From NCBI GenBank assembly GCA_965247695.1, contig OZ252037.1:5568123-5632122 (forward strand): a stretch of DNA of 64,000 bases, given 5' to 3'. Below the pieces are notes generated by a model. It did not search any database. It saw only the letters and a program-made list of their open reading frames with translations, and had not been told where the DNA came from. Positions 1 to 9,596 of this stretch are shown in pieces. Position 1 is the stretch's first letter. Each line of letters starts with the position of its first letter. This DNA is from Flavisolibacter sp. (GTDB lineage Bacteria; Bacteroidota; Bacteroidia; Chitinophagales; Chitinophagaceae). The translations under genes were made by a program, and so were the position numbers.

Positions 1-1
1 A

Positions 2-358
2 ATGTGGCTTATCGGCAAATATGGTTTGTACCAAAAGTTTTTAAACGAATTAATCTGTGCAGCCAACTGTATTTATCTGGCCTGGATATTCATGTTCATT
101 TTAGAAGGACTCTTGAATGAACAAAAGCTGGTAAACCCAAGGCTTCCTTTGTTCTGGTTTCTTACCGCTATCTTGTTTTATGCACCGTGTAGCATTTTTG
201 TTATTGCGCTGGCACACTACATTAAAAAATCAACCAACCCCCTTATTCACAACATGTGGAGCGTCCATGGCGTCTTTAATATTTTGATGTATGTTTTTTT
301 TGCCGTTGGTTTTTACAAAAGTCACCTTCTCGTGCAAAGAACAAAAGCAGACGGCTGA
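2..358 (+). CDS. Hypothetical multi-pass membrane protein (5'-truncated by window edge), upstream of a two-component pair
   Basis: Three to four hydrophobic segments; same strand, directly before the HK-RR pair. Confidence 0.7.
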   Translation: MWLIGKYGLYQKFLNELICAANCIYLAWIFMFILEGLLNEQKLVNPRLPLFWFLTAILFYAPCSIFVIALAHYIKKSTNPLIHNMWSVHGVFNILMYVFFAVGFYKSHLLVQRTKADG

Positions 359-404
359 GTGAAGGAAGTTTGGCTTTCTTTGTTGCTCTCTCAAAACCAA
401 GCCG

Positions 405-1190
405 GTGTATAAATTTCAATACAGTGAAACCGATATAGCACTTTTGGCAGGAACAATTGTGTTTCTATTGTTTGCTGGTTTCATTACTGCCTACCTTATG
501 ATTTATTGGAAACGAAAACAGAAACACCAACAAGAAATCATACAAATGAAAACCGCTTTTGAAAAAACACTCCTTCAATCCCAGCTCGAAATCCAGGAGC
601 AAACTTTCCACACCATCTCCCAGGAAATTCATGACAACGTGGGCCAAACCCTAAGCCTTGCTAAAGTGCAGGTGAACATCATTGACCAAAGTGATGCTAC
701 AAACAAAGATCTTCTAAACGATGTGCGGCAGAATATCGGAAGGGCCATGAGCGACCTTCGCGACCTTGCCAAAAGCCTCAACAGTGATCACATTCAGTTG
801 GTACCGCTGAAAGACCTGATCATCGCCGAACTGACACGAATGCAGCGCAGCAATATTGTAACCGCCACCATTGAAGAAGAAGGGCCGCCGCAACCGATGG
901 CGCATCAAAAAAAGCTGATCCTGTTTCGCATTGTGCAGGAGAGCCTGCAGAACATTTTAAAGCACGCCGACGCTTCCGTGGTAACCGTACAACTACGTCA
1001 TTCTTCCAATGAAGTGGAGATCAACATCGCCGACAATGGCAAAGGCTTCGATACGAATGCAACGATAAAAAGCGACAGCCTCGGCCTGCAAAACATTACC
1101 AACCGGGCAACGCTTATCGGCGGCAAGGCTTCTATTGAAAGCGGTCTTGGACGAGGCACCGTCATCAACCTAACCATTCCTTATGCCTGA
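405..1190 (+). CDS. Sensor histidine kinase, NarX/HisKA_3 type, single N-terminal TM
   Basis: H-box QEIHDNVGQ, N-box QESLQNILKHA, G1 DNGKGFD, G2 GRGT. Confidence 0.93.
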   Translation: MYKFQYSETDIALLAGTIVFLLFAGFITAYLMIYWKRKQKHQQEIIQMKTAFEKTLLQSQLEIQEQTFHTISQEIHDNVGQTLSLAKVQVNIIDQSDATNKDLLNDVRQNIGRAMSDLRDLAKSLNSDHIQLVPLKDLIIAELTRMQRSNIVTATIEEEGPPQPMAHQKKLILFRIVQESLQNILKHADASVVTVQLRHSSNEVEINIADNGKGFDTNATIKSDSLGLQNITNRATLIGGKASIESGLGRGTVINLTIPYA

Positions 1191-1842
1191 CACCAAATAC
1201 ATCGCCATCGTGGATGATCACACCATGTTCCGCAAGGGACTTGCTTCGCTCATCAATCTTTTTCCAACGTATAAAGTGTTGTTTGACGCAGCGGATGGCA
1301 AGGACTTTATTGCGCAACTTAAACCGCCGCACCTGCCCGACATTGTGCTGCTCGACATCTCCATGCCGGGCATGGACGGCTATGCCACGGCCGATTGGAT
1401 ACGCAGCAATCATCCCGATATAAAAGTGATTGCCTTGAGCACGATGGATTCGGAAACGGCCATCATTAAAATGATCCGCCACGGCGCAAGAGGTTATGTG
1501 CTGAAAGATGCTGACACCACGGAACTTAAAGCGGCCTTTGACGATGTGTTGAGCAAGGGATTTTTTTACAACGAAACAGTTACGCGAAAAATCATGCAGA
1601 GCATTCACCTGCTGGCGGATGAAAAAAGTAGGGTCAGTGCGTTTGTGAAATTGAGCGACCGCGAAGTGGAGTTTTTAAAGTTGGTGTGCAGCGATAAAAC
1701 CTATGCGCAAATTGCCGCCGAAATGTTTTTAAGTGAACGCACCATTGACGGCTATCGCGAAGCCTTGTTTCAAAAACTAAACGTGGGCTCACGAGTTGGA
1801 CTGGTGATGTATGCCATTAAGAATGGAATTGTCAAGATATAA
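1183..1842 (+). CDS. NarL/LuxR-family response regulator
   Basis: IVDDH, LLDISMPGMDG receiver motifs; C-terminal LSDREVE...SERTIDGYR HTH; overlaps the HK stop. Confidence 0.95.
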   Translation: MPDTKYIAIVDDHTMFRKGLASLINLFPTYKVLFDAADGKDFIAQLKPPHLPDIVLLDISMPGMDGYATADWIRSNHPDIKVIALSTMDSETAIIKMIRHGARGYVLKDADTTELKAAFDDVLSKGFFYNETVTRKIMQSIHLLADEKSRVSAFVKLSDREVEFLKLVCSDKTYAQIAAEMFLSERTIDGYREALFQKLNVGSRVGLVMYAIKNGIVKI

Positions 1843-1850
1843 CTTAAGCC

Positions 1851-2013
1851 GGCAAATGTGAGACGTGAAACCGTACAGTTATTAAACCAAAGCCTTTTTA
1901 ACTGTAGCAAAGTGTTTTCAAAGTCTATGAAATAAAACAGCCTATCGTACGATAGGCTGCACTTAAATATTTCTCCGGTTTCCACGTTTGCCATTTCACG
2001 TCTCCACGTCTCA
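1851..2013. repeat. Paired inverted 7-nt-period arrays (GTGAGAC / GTCTCAC type)
   Basis: ggcaaatgtgagacgtgaaaccg (~1851-1873) pairs with cggtttccacgtttgccatttcacgtctccacgtctca (~1976-2013). Confidence 0.6.
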
Positions 2014-3294
2014 AACCACTACCAGTTCATAAAAATTTTCAGGTTGTAAATATTTGTTGGCAAGGGCTTGCAGTTCTTCAGCGCTTACTGTTTTAATGGT
2101 TTCAATCTGCTTGTAAAAAAAGCTTTCATCAAGACCGTTCAAAATTAGATTTTTCCAACGGCTGATGATTTGAAACGGCCCGTCCAAATCACCCAATATG
2201 GAACCGATCATGTAGTTGCGAACGAGCAATAATTCTTCATCGTCAACAGGCTCATTGCGCAGGCGGTCCATCTCTTTATATACTTCGGTTATGGTGGCTT
2301 CGCACACGTCTCTTCCGGCTTCCGTGCTGATGACCCAGGCACTTTGCTGAATGTGGTTTTCGAGATAGCTATGTATCCCATACGTATAGCCTTTGTCTTC
2401 GCGGATGTTGGTCATTAAACGAGAGCCGAAGAAGCCACCGAAGACATTGTTCAACACCTGCGCTTTTGCAAAATCGGGATGGTGCCTGTTTGGAAAGTGA
2501 CATCCCATGCGAACGGCGCCTTGCACGCCTTGCGGATCATTTATCACACGGTACTTCTTTTCCGTTGCGGGTTGCGCTGCCACATCGGCAAGCGGTAAAT
2601 CTTTCAACGGCAAATCGCCAAAATTCTTCTCTAATAAATTAAACAAATTCGCCGGCAGTTTGCCCGCCGCAAACAGCAGCAACTTTCCCTGCTGATAATA
2701 CTCTTTATAAAAGCCGCTGATGTCATCTCTTGTCAGGCCTTCAAAATCTTCAAAGCGGCTGTAACGGCCGTACGGATGAACCTCCCCATAGAGATAGGTA
2801 TCAATCAAACGTCCCGCAACGAAATCGCATTTCTTCAAACTTACCCGCAGGCGTTGTTGCATGTTCTGCTTGTATGTCGCCAGCTCTTCTTCGGGAAAGA
2901 TGGATTCGGTGATCATCTCCCGCACTACCGGCAACAGCACTTCCAAATGCTTGCTTAAACAATGCAGGGTGATGACGGCCGTTTCGTTATGGCAGGCCCG
3001 GTTGAGATAAGAGCCGTAATATTCAAAGTGTTCGTTCAACTGAAAGGCGGTCTTTGATGCGGTGCCGTTTTTTAAAAGATAATTTGCCGTGGCAGCAATC
3101 AGATTTTTCTTTTCGGCCCAATTGCCAGCATAAAAAACCCATTCAATTTGCAGCACGTCTTCAGCGCCGGCATTGATGGCATAGACGTCGGTGCCGTTGG
3201 TCAGCGTGGCCCGTTCAGCGTTCTTTAATCTGACATCAAATTCAATAGCGTCTATAATGCGGGGCGGCGTTTTGCGGTCAAGTACTTCTGTCAT
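2011..3294 (-). CDS. M16 (pitrilysin) family peptidase, non-catalytic partner subunit
   Basis: LLKNGT, FGSRLMTNIREDKGYTYGI motif; no HxxEH. Confidence 0.88.
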   Translation of the reverse strand: MTEVLDRKTPPRIIDAIEFDVRLKNAERATLTNGTDVYAINAGAEDVLQIEWVFYAGNWAEKKNLIAATANYLLKNGTASKTAFQLNEHFEYYGSYLNRACHNETAVITLHCLSKHLEVLLPVVREMITESIFPEEELATYKQNMQQRLRVSLKKCDFVAGRLIDTYLYGEVHPYGRYSRFEDFEGLTRDDISGFYKEYYQQGKLLLFAAGKLPANLFNLLEKNFGDLPLKDLPLADVAAQPATEKKYRVINDPQGVQGAVRMGCHFPNRHHPDFAKAQVLNNVFGGFFGSRLMTNIREDKGYTYGIHSYLENHIQQSAWVISTEAGRDVCEATITEVYKEMDRLRNEPVDDEELLLVRNYMIGSILGDLDGPFQIISRWKNLILNGLDESFFYKQIETIKTVSAEELQALANKYLQPENFYELVVV

Positions 3295-4373
3295 TTTTTA
3301 AATCCTATTTCTTGTTTTTGCGGAAGATAAGTCTCTTCGCCAATGTTGTAGATGTCGGCCAGGGATACCGCTCCGCTGAATGTGGCCGTTATATTTATTT
3401 TTTGCGCCAGCTTATTGGCTACGCCTGGCTGTAATGGTTTGAATTCATACATGCCCAGCAACCGCCCTTTGCGCAATAAAGCCGCATCCAGTTCGGTGTG
3501 CATCATGTTAAAGGTGCAGATGACGGGTATATGAAGGCATTGTCCCAGCAAGCCATCCGACAAGTTTAAAAGATTGGAGATGGCGCTGCTGTCGCTGCCG
3601 GTGCGGCGGCTGATGACGTTGTCGGCATCTTCCAGCACCAGAATGCTTTCTTCCTGATCCATTAAAAAGTTGATCAGCTCCGGCGAGGAAATGTGTGAGG
3701 CCATGTAGGGCGGAAAATAAATCATGCGCTTGGTGAGCCGGCTGGCAAGGTAACGGATGTAGGTTGTTTTGCCCGTGCCCGGCTTGCCGTGCAGCAAAAC
3801 CAGCCCATGACTTTTCGGCTTCTGCAGCTTTTCTATCACGCGGTGACTAAAGGCATAGAAGTCGTCGTTGTAATGATGGTCAATGTCCACGGCGTCGCCG
3901 ATGTGCTTGAACTCTTTTAAATGAAAATGGCCGTGCATGGTGGTGATGAAGGAGAAAGAACCTTTGTGGTCTTCTTCTTTTTCTTTCACCAAGGTTTGCA
4001 AAAGACCTTCAACAGCTTGCAAAATACCGGCTTCAGCCGAAGAAAGAAAATACAGCGTGGCGGCCATGCTTTCATAATCGTTGCGGTAGCGTATCCAGAT
4101 GTCTTGCGCCAGAAACCAAATGCGCAGCTTTTGCTTGTAGCGGTCTTCTTTTTTGAGATATTCCTGTTCGGTATAATCGGGCTTCCAGCGCTGCGGAAAA
4201 GCGGCATCTAATTCTTTTTCAAGGGCCGCGTATTCGATACGGTAAAAAGTTTTCTTATTGGGCACTGCACGGTTGATGTGAAAAAAATAAGCGGCCGCTT
4301 TCAGATCATCGTCGGTATCATAGATGCCCGAAAACTGGCTGCTTAAATCGTCGTCATCGTCGTGGAAGAACAT
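3291..4373 (-). CDS. AAA-family ATPase (BCS1-like C-terminal AAA domain)
   Basis: Walker A GKPGTGKT, Walker B LVLEDAD, LLNLSDGLL, ALLRKGRL; stop overlaps the M16 start by 4 nt. Confidence 0.85.
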   Translation of the reverse strand: MFFHDDDDDLSSQFSGIYDTDDDLKAAAYFFHINRAVPNKKTFYRIEYAALEKELDAAFPQRWKPDYTEQEYLKKEDRYKQKLRIWFLAQDIWIRYRNDYESMAATLYFLSSAEAGILQAVEGLLQTLVKEKEEDHKGSFSFITTMHGHFHLKEFKHIGDAVDIDHHYNDDFYAFSHRVIEKLQKPKSHGLVLLHGKPGTGKTTYIRYLASRLTKRMIYFPPYMASHISSPELINFLMDQEESILVLEDADNVISRRTGSDSSAISNLLNLSDGLLGQCLHIPVICTFNMMHTELDAALLRKGRLLGMYEFKPLQPGVANKLAQKINITATFSGAVSLADIYNIGEETYLPQKQEIGFKK

Positions 4374-4411
4374 GGCGTGTTTGTGGTTAGATGATTAGGC
4401 GATTTTCGCCT

Positions 4412-4723
4412 TCATTTCATCAAGTCGTTCAGGTGCGGGTTGTTGATCAGAAGCCTTGCACTGTGATGCACCGTAATAACTTGTACCTTATCGTCTGTAC
4501 AACGATAAATAATTCTGTAGTGATAAAGCTTAACTTCTCGCAATTGCGGACTGGTTATTTCTTTTACCAAACTTCCTCTTTCAGCAAAGCGTTGCAGCGA
4601 AGCAATCTTTTGGTTTATTTCATCGTAAAATTTTTCGGCGTTTTGTACCGATTTTTTGTGAACGTACTTTACAATGCGTTTTATGTCTTGTACGGCAGTA
4701 GGCATTATAGTGACTTCCACCAT
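4412..4723 (-). CDS. RelE/ParE-family toxin
   Basis: AVQDIKRI...RGSLV...LREVKLYHYRIIYR...VITVHHSAR pattern; start overlaps the antitoxin end. Confidence 0.85.
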   Translation of the reverse strand: MVEVTIMPTAVQDIKRIVKYVHKKSVQNAEKFYDEINQKIASLQRFAERGSLVKEITSPQLREVKLYHYRIIYRCTDDKVQVITVHHSARLLINNPHLNDLMK

Positions 4724-4893
4724 CCTTGCATTTCTTTGTTGTATTCATCCAGCGAAAGTCCCTCACCGTCTTCCGCCTCTTGCAAACCGCGTTGAATTTT
4801 ATACAACAACATCAATTCGTTTAACAACTCTTCCACCGGCTCATCTTCCGGAAAAGCGTTCACCTTATTACGAACATCAACTATGGTCAACAT
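4705..4893 (-). CDS. Putative antitoxin of the ParE pair
   Basis: 62 aa, acidic, KIQRGLQEAEDGE motif typical of ParE-linked antitoxins; upstream of and overlapping the toxin. Confidence 0.75.
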   Translation of the reverse strand: MLTIVDVRNKVNAFPEDEPVEELLNELMLLYKIQRGLQEAEDGEGLSLDEYNKEMQGWWKSL

Positions 4894-4954
4894 AAATTTT
4901 GATTTACAATTTTTGACACCAGCTTACCACAAGTTACAATTTAATTGATGTTTT

Positions 4955-6196
4955 CTATTGCTGTCCCGCATAATAACACAAGGTGCTGCTGTTCTCTTCC
5001 CGAAACATCTCCTTACTCAAAGCCTGTATTTCATCCACCGTCACCACGTTGTATCTGTCTAATTCCGTATTCATCAGCGCCGCATCGCCCAGCAGTTCGT
5101 AATAGGCCAAACTCGCCGCTCGGTTCATCACACTCATGTCTTCAAAAGCCACGGTGCTTTCGGTTTTGTTCTTTACTTTCTGCAGTTCCTCGGCCGTTAC
5201 TTTTTCGGTTTTGAGTCGCAACAGTTCTTCTTCCACGGCTGCTTCAGCGTCCTGCATGGTTACGCCTTTTACCAGTTTGCCTTCAATGGTCAGCAGGCCG
5301 GCATCGGTGGTGCCGAAGTGGTAACATTCGATGTTGCTGAATAATTTCTTTTCTTTTACCAACGCCTGGTACAAACGGGAAGAGCCGCCACCACCAAGAA
5401 TTTCGCCAATCAAATCGGAAACATAATAGCGGTGGTCAGTACGGCCGTACATGTGCCATGTTTTGTAAAAGGCATCCAGCGGCACGGCGGCATGAATGGC
5501 TAAACGCTTGGCTACTTTTTGTTCCGGTTCCGCGGGCAATTGCCGGTTGTATTTTTCGCCGCTTTCGATGGGGCCAAACCATTTCTCTGCAAGCTCTTTC
5601 GCTTTTTCCACGGTTATGTTTCCGGCCACCACCAGGATGGCGTTTACGGGCCGGTAATGTTTAAAAAAAAAGTCTTTGACATCCTGCAGGCTTGCGTGTT
5701 CAATGTGCGAAAGCTCTTTGCCGATGGTCATCCATTTGTAGGGATGCACGTCGTAAGCCAGGTTGCGCAGTTTGAGCCACACATCGCCGTAAGGCTTGTT
5801 GAGATAATGTTCCTTGAATTCTTCCATCACCACTTTACGCTGCACCTCCAGACTGGCCTCGCTAAAACCCAGTGACAACATTCGATCGCTTTCGAGCCAG
5901 AAAGCGGTTTCCAGATTTTCAGCCGGAAGCTGTATGTAATAGTTGGTAAGGTCGCTGGTAGTATAAGCGTTGTTCTCACCGCCGGCCATCTGCAGAGGCT
6001 CATCATAAGCCGGCACGTTGATGGAACCACCGAACATTAAATGCTCAAACAAGTGCGCAAAGCCCGTGCGGTTCGGGTTTTCGTCACGGGCGCCTACATC
6101 GTATAAAACATTCACCACCGCCATGGGCGTTGACGTATCCTGATGCACCAAAACTCGTAATCCGTTTGCTAACGTAAACCGGCTAAAATTGACCAC
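4955..6196 (-). CDS. M16 family zinc peptidase, catalytic subunit
   Basis: GFAHLFEHLMFGGS (HxxEH), NAYTT..TNYY; GTG start. Confidence 0.93.
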   Translation of the reverse strand: MVNFSRFTLANGLRVLVHQDTSTPMAVVNVLYDVGARDENPNRTGFAHLFEHLMFGGSINVPAYDEPLQMAGGENNAYTTSDLTNYYIQLPAENLETAFWLESDRMLSLGFSEASLEVQRKVVMEEFKEHYLNKPYGDVWLKLRNLAYDVHPYKWMTIGKELSHIEHASLQDVKDFFFKHYRPVNAILVVAGNITVEKAKELAEKWFGPIESGEKYNRQLPAEPEQKVAKRLAIHAAVPLDAFYKTWHMYGRTDHRYYVSDLIGEILGGGGSSRLYQALVKEKKLFSNIECYHFGTTDAGLLTIEGKLVKGVTMQDAEAAVEEELLRLKTEKVTAEELQKVKNKTESTVAFEDMSVMNRAASLAYYELLGDAALMNTELDRYNVVTVDEIQALSKEMFREENSSTLCYYAGQQ

Positions 6197-6228
6197 TGAT
6201 TAAAGGATTTTAATTGATTTCACAGATG
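6190..6228. repeat. Degenerate solo copy of the GxxExxY-flanking repeat end
   Basis: TGACCACTGATTAAAGGATTT (6190-6210) resembles TGACCACGGATTATCGGGATTT (56586-56607); overlaps the M16 GTG start. Confidence 0.45.
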
Positions 6229-6250
6229 TTCCCGCTGTTGCGGGAAGGTG

Positions 6251-6258
6251 CAAATGTA
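6251..6258 (-). promoter_or_regulatory. Bacteroidota -7 promoter box (TACATTTG) upstream of the M16 gene
   Basis: Matches TAnnTTTG consensus ~55 nt upstream of the start. Confidence 0.55.
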
Positions 6259-6265
6259 GGGTTGG

Positions 6266-6473
6266 TTTTGTAGGGACATGCCCGCGCTATGTCCGGTGGG
6301 AGAAGCGGCCCGAGGAGCCGCTTGTTATTTGCGCAGTCGAAGATTATGGCGTCGTTGCTTAATCATAAGCGGCATTCGCAAATGGTCGTAGCTTGTTGCT
6401 TATTTGTAGTTATAAGCTTGGGTGCGCCATTGGCGCACTTCTCCGGACATGCCATGGGCATGTCCCTACAAAA
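6266..6473. repeat. GTAG-family REP doublet (REPIN-like)
   Basis: Perfect 18-bp inverted ends TTTTGTAGGGACATGCCC (6266-6283) / GGGCATGTCCCTACAAAA (6456-6473); internal small hairpins. Confidence 0.75.
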
Positions 6474-6526
6474 GCGTCTGCGTAAGCCCATCTTCAAATT
6501 TTTAAATTGGCTAATCACCAAATCGT

Positions 6527-7720
6527 TTATTTATTCTTCAAAATATTCTTCACCCGAAACACAAACTGCAGCAGTTCCCCGCTTCTTTGCACCACTATTT
6601 TTATTTTGTCGCCGGTTTCCTGCAAGGCCGTTTTGTATTGCGTCATGTTTTGCGAAAAATTGGTGTTGATGCCCACAACCACATCACCTTCCAGCAAGCC
6701 AGAAGTTTCAGCCGGAGAACCTTTGGCTACGTCGCCGATGATGATGCGGCCGTTTACATAATACAACTCCACACCTGAATAAGCATAATCGAAATTGTCG
6801 TTGTAGTGACTGTTGGGCAACAGATAAAATTCCCGTTGTTCATAATTGATGACGGCGTTAAAACGGCGCAGCAGATCGTTGCCAATCAAGCCGCCAAGAT
6901 GCGGATATGACGTTACGTTGTAGGTATCTTCAAATACGTTCACCGGTACGTTGCGAAACTTATACGGGCCAAGTTTTACTTCCTTTACCGTCGTTAAATA
7001 CATGTCCACTTTTCCGCCGAGCCCTTCGGCTTCTTTTACATACAGCTTGCGGCCGGTGCGCAGCAAAGTGCTATCTTTTATAAAGTCCTGGCTAAAAAGC
7101 ATGTTTAGCCCGGCGCCCATGTCAATCAGGAACCGGGCATCCACAGGCCGGTCATCTTTTACGTAAGCGTTTTGAACAGCCAGCGTCGTAATCACAGGAC
7201 GGAGCATGTGCCCGCCGCGTGGATACTTCATAGGCCCTTGTGTCCAGAACTCAATCTTGGAACTGTCGTAATCTACTTTAACAATGTAACGGTTGAACAC
7301 AGAGAAGCCGATGATGCCGTCAATCGGCTCGCCGTACACCGCCGTTAAAATGGAATAGTTGTTTACGTGAAAATTGAGGCTGTCCACCGTAAGCCCCGGC
7401 AGGTGCAGCTTGCGGTTGTTGAGAAAGGAAACCGCTCTTTCGCCGGCAATGCCGCGAATGGTTCGTGTAGAAGGCAAGGGCTGAAGGCCGAAGTAATCGG
7501 CTGTGATAGAATCGAGAGAAATGCCGCCGCTTCCCGTGTCCAAAATAAAGCTAAGTGTATCGGGGAAGGCATCGAAGCGGGCCCTAAGCAAAATAACGCC
7601 GCCGGTAAGTTGCACAAAATTAAAACGGGTAAGAAGCCGCGACGGTTCGCGGCCATCTTTCTGCGCGGCGGCGGCGCACAAAAAGCCGAACAACGGTATT
7701 AGAAACAACAGCCTTCTCAC
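6527..7720 (-). CDS. Retropepsin-like aspartyl protease (two lobes) with C-terminal PDZ domain, signal peptide
   Basis: FILDTGSG and FLIDMGAG motifs, GIIG/GLIGND, PDZ GSPAETSGLLEGDVV. Confidence 0.88.
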   Translation of the reverse strand: MRRLLFLIPLFGFLCAAAAQKDGREPSRLLTRFNFVQLTGGVILLRARFDAFPDTLSFILDTGSGGISLDSITADYFGLQPLPSTRTIRGIAGERAVSFLNNRKLHLPGLTVDSLNFHVNNYSILTAVYGEPIDGIIGFSVFNRYIVKVDYDSSKIEFWTQGPMKYPRGGHMLRPVITTLAVQNAYVKDDRPVDARFLIDMGAGLNMLFSQDFIKDSTLLRTGRKLYVKEAEGLGGKVDMYLTTVKEVKLGPYKFRNVPVNVFEDTYNVTSYPHLGGLIGNDLLRRFNAVINYEQREFYLLPNSHYNDNFDYAYSGVELYYVNGRIIIGDVAKGSPAETSGLLEGDVVVGINTNFSQNMTQYKTALQETGDKIKIVVQRSGELLQFVFRVKNILKNK

Positions 7721-7737
7721 TTTGCTTGCAACGGTTA

Positions 7738-7915
7738 GATAATGAGTAATGAATAATCAATAATGAGTGGGTCGCTTAAAGTTTGAAATTCTCTTCTTGT
7801 TTGCTGATTCGTTGAAACAAATTCCATCCTGCTGCGGAGTGAAATGCATTCGTGAAGACTTTGCGCATAACACGAACTCATTACTAATTACTCATTATTC
7901 ATTTCATTACTGATT
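7738..7915. repeat. Paired inverted 7-nt-period arrays (AATGAGT / ACTCATT type), homologous to 39003-39105
   Basis: ataatgagtaatgaataatcaataatgagt ... cattactaattactcattattcatttcattact; shared inner motif gtgaagac...acacgaactca. Confidence 0.65.
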
Positions 7916-7982
7916 ATCTAAAAATAGGCTAAGGTTTGTGTTCTGTAAAACCTTTCCTCAAACTTTCCCTTTGACCCGCCGC

Positions 7983-7990
7983 TACCTTTG
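7983..7990 (+). promoter_or_regulatory. -7 promoter box TACCTTTG of mqnC
   Basis: TAnnTTTG ending 8 nt before ATG 7998 (very short leader). Confidence 0.6.
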
Positions 7991-7997
7991 CGGCGTT

Positions 7998-9119
7998 ATG
8001 AACCTTTCAAGCCTTTACGACAAAGCCCTTCGCTCCGAATTTTTAGAAATTGAAGAAGGCATGTACCTGTTTGAGAACGCACCGCTCACAAACCTGATGT
8101 ATGTGGCGGATGAATTGCGAAAACAACGAGTGCCGCACGGCAAAGTAACCTGGCAGATAGACCGCAACGTAAACACCACCAACGTATGCGTGGCCAACTG
8201 CAAGTTTTGCAATTTTTACCGCATTCCCGGCCATCCCGATGCTTATATCACCGATATGCCGGTGTATCGAAAAAAGATTGAAGAAACCATCAAATACGGC
8301 GGCGACCAATTGCTCCTGCAAGGCGGCCACCACCCCGGATTGGGATTGGAGTTTTACACATCTACTTTTCGGGCCATTAAACAAGAATACCCAAACATTA
8401 AGCTGCATACACTTGGTCCGCCCGAAGTGGCGCACATCTGCAAACTGGAGAAGATGAGCCACCGCGATGTATTGCTGGCCTTGAAAGAAGCGGGCATGGA
8501 TTCCTTGCCCGGCGCCGGTGCGGAGATTTTGGTTGACCGTGTACGGCGACTCATCTCCAAAGGCAAATGCGGTGCGGATGAATGGCTGGCCATTATGCAC
8601 GAAGCGCATAAGCTAAACATCACTACATCGGCCACCATGATGTTTGGACATGTGGAAACAATACGTGAACGTTTTGAACATTTGGTAAAACTTAGAGAGG
8701 TTCAGGCAAAAAAACCCGAAGGAGCAAAAGGCTTTTTGGCCTTTATTCCCTGGACTTTTCAGGACGTGGATACTTTGCTTACGAAGATCAGAGGCGTGCA
8801 CAACCTTACCACGCCGGAAGAATACATTCGCATGATTGCGATAAGCCGGATTATGCTGCCGAACGTGAACAACATTCAGGCTTCGTGGCTAACGGTGGGC
8901 AAGCAAACGGCCCAACTTTGTTTGCATGCCGGTGCCAATGATTTTGGTTCCATTATGATTGAAGAAAACGTGGTAAGCGCTGCGGGTGCGCCGCACCGCT
9001 TTACCTCAAAAACCATTCAGGAAGCCATACGCGAAGGTGGTTTTGAACCGCAGTTGCGCAACCAGCAGTATGAGTGGCGTGAGCTGCCGGTGATGGAAGA
9101 ACAGGTGGTGAATTATTGA
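7998..9119 (+). CDS. mqnC: Cyclic dehypoxanthinyl futalosine synthase (radical SAM, futalosine menaquinone pathway)
   Basis: CxxxCxxC TNVCVANCKFCNF, LLQGGHHP, GAGAEILVD, GANDFGSIMIEENVVSAAG; start set at ATG 7998 rather than 7938. Confidence 0.88.
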   Translation: MNLSSLYDKALRSEFLEIEEGMYLFENAPLTNLMYVADELRKQRVPHGKVTWQIDRNVNTTNVCVANCKFCNFYRIPGHPDAYITDMPVYRKKIEETIKYGGDQLLLQGGHHPGLGLEFYTSTFRAIKQEYPNIKLHTLGPPEVAHICKLEKMSHRDVLLALKEAGMDSLPGAGAEILVDRVRRLISKGKCGADEWLAIMHEAHKLNITTSATMMFGHVETIRERFEHLVKLREVQAKKPEGAKGFLAFIPWTFQDVDTLLTKIRGVHNLTTPEEYIRMIAISRIMLPNVNNIQASWLTVGKQTAQLCLHAGANDFGSIMIEENVVSAAGAPHRFTSKTIQEAIREGGFEPQLRNQQYEWRELPVMEEQVVNY

Positions 9120-9143
9120 GAATGGTTCGATATTTTTGAAGCG

Positions 9144-9593
9144 ATGAATGTTTATGCCGATACGTCAACGATTGGTGGCTGCTTTGATGTGGAGTTCAGC
9201 GAGTGGTCGAATGCTTTATTCGCTGAATTTCAAAGCGGCGCCAAACGCCTTGTAATTTCCGATTTAACCTTGAAGGAACTTGAGTTAGCCCGGCTGGAAA
9301 TAAGGGAAAAGATTGAAGAAGTTCCGGTTGCCAACCGTATATATTTTGGCATCACAGACGAAGCTATTGAACTGGCGGAAACTTATATTAACGAAGGTGC
9401 GCTGACAAACAAAAGCTACAACGATGCTTTGCATATTGCTTTAGCGACGATAAACAACGCTGATGTCTTGGCCAGTTGGAATTTCAAACACATCGTCAAT
9501 TTGCAGCGCATCCGGCTTTACAATTCAATCAATTTGAGACGTGGCTACAAGCTGATTGAAATCAGAACGCCGCGTGAAATTTTAAACCCTTGA
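9144..9593 (+). CDS. PIN-domain protein (VapC-like toxin)
   Basis: VYADTSTIGGCFD, DALHIALAT, DVLASWNFKHIVN, IEIRTPRE. Confidence 0.88.
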   Translation: MNVYADTSTIGGCFDVEFSEWSNALFAEFQSGAKRLVISDLTLKELELARLEIREKIEEVPVANRIYFGITDEAIELAETYINEGALTNKSYNDALHIALATINNADVLASWNFKHIVNLQRIRLYNSINLRRGYKLIEIRTPREILNP

Positions 9594-9596
9594 ACA

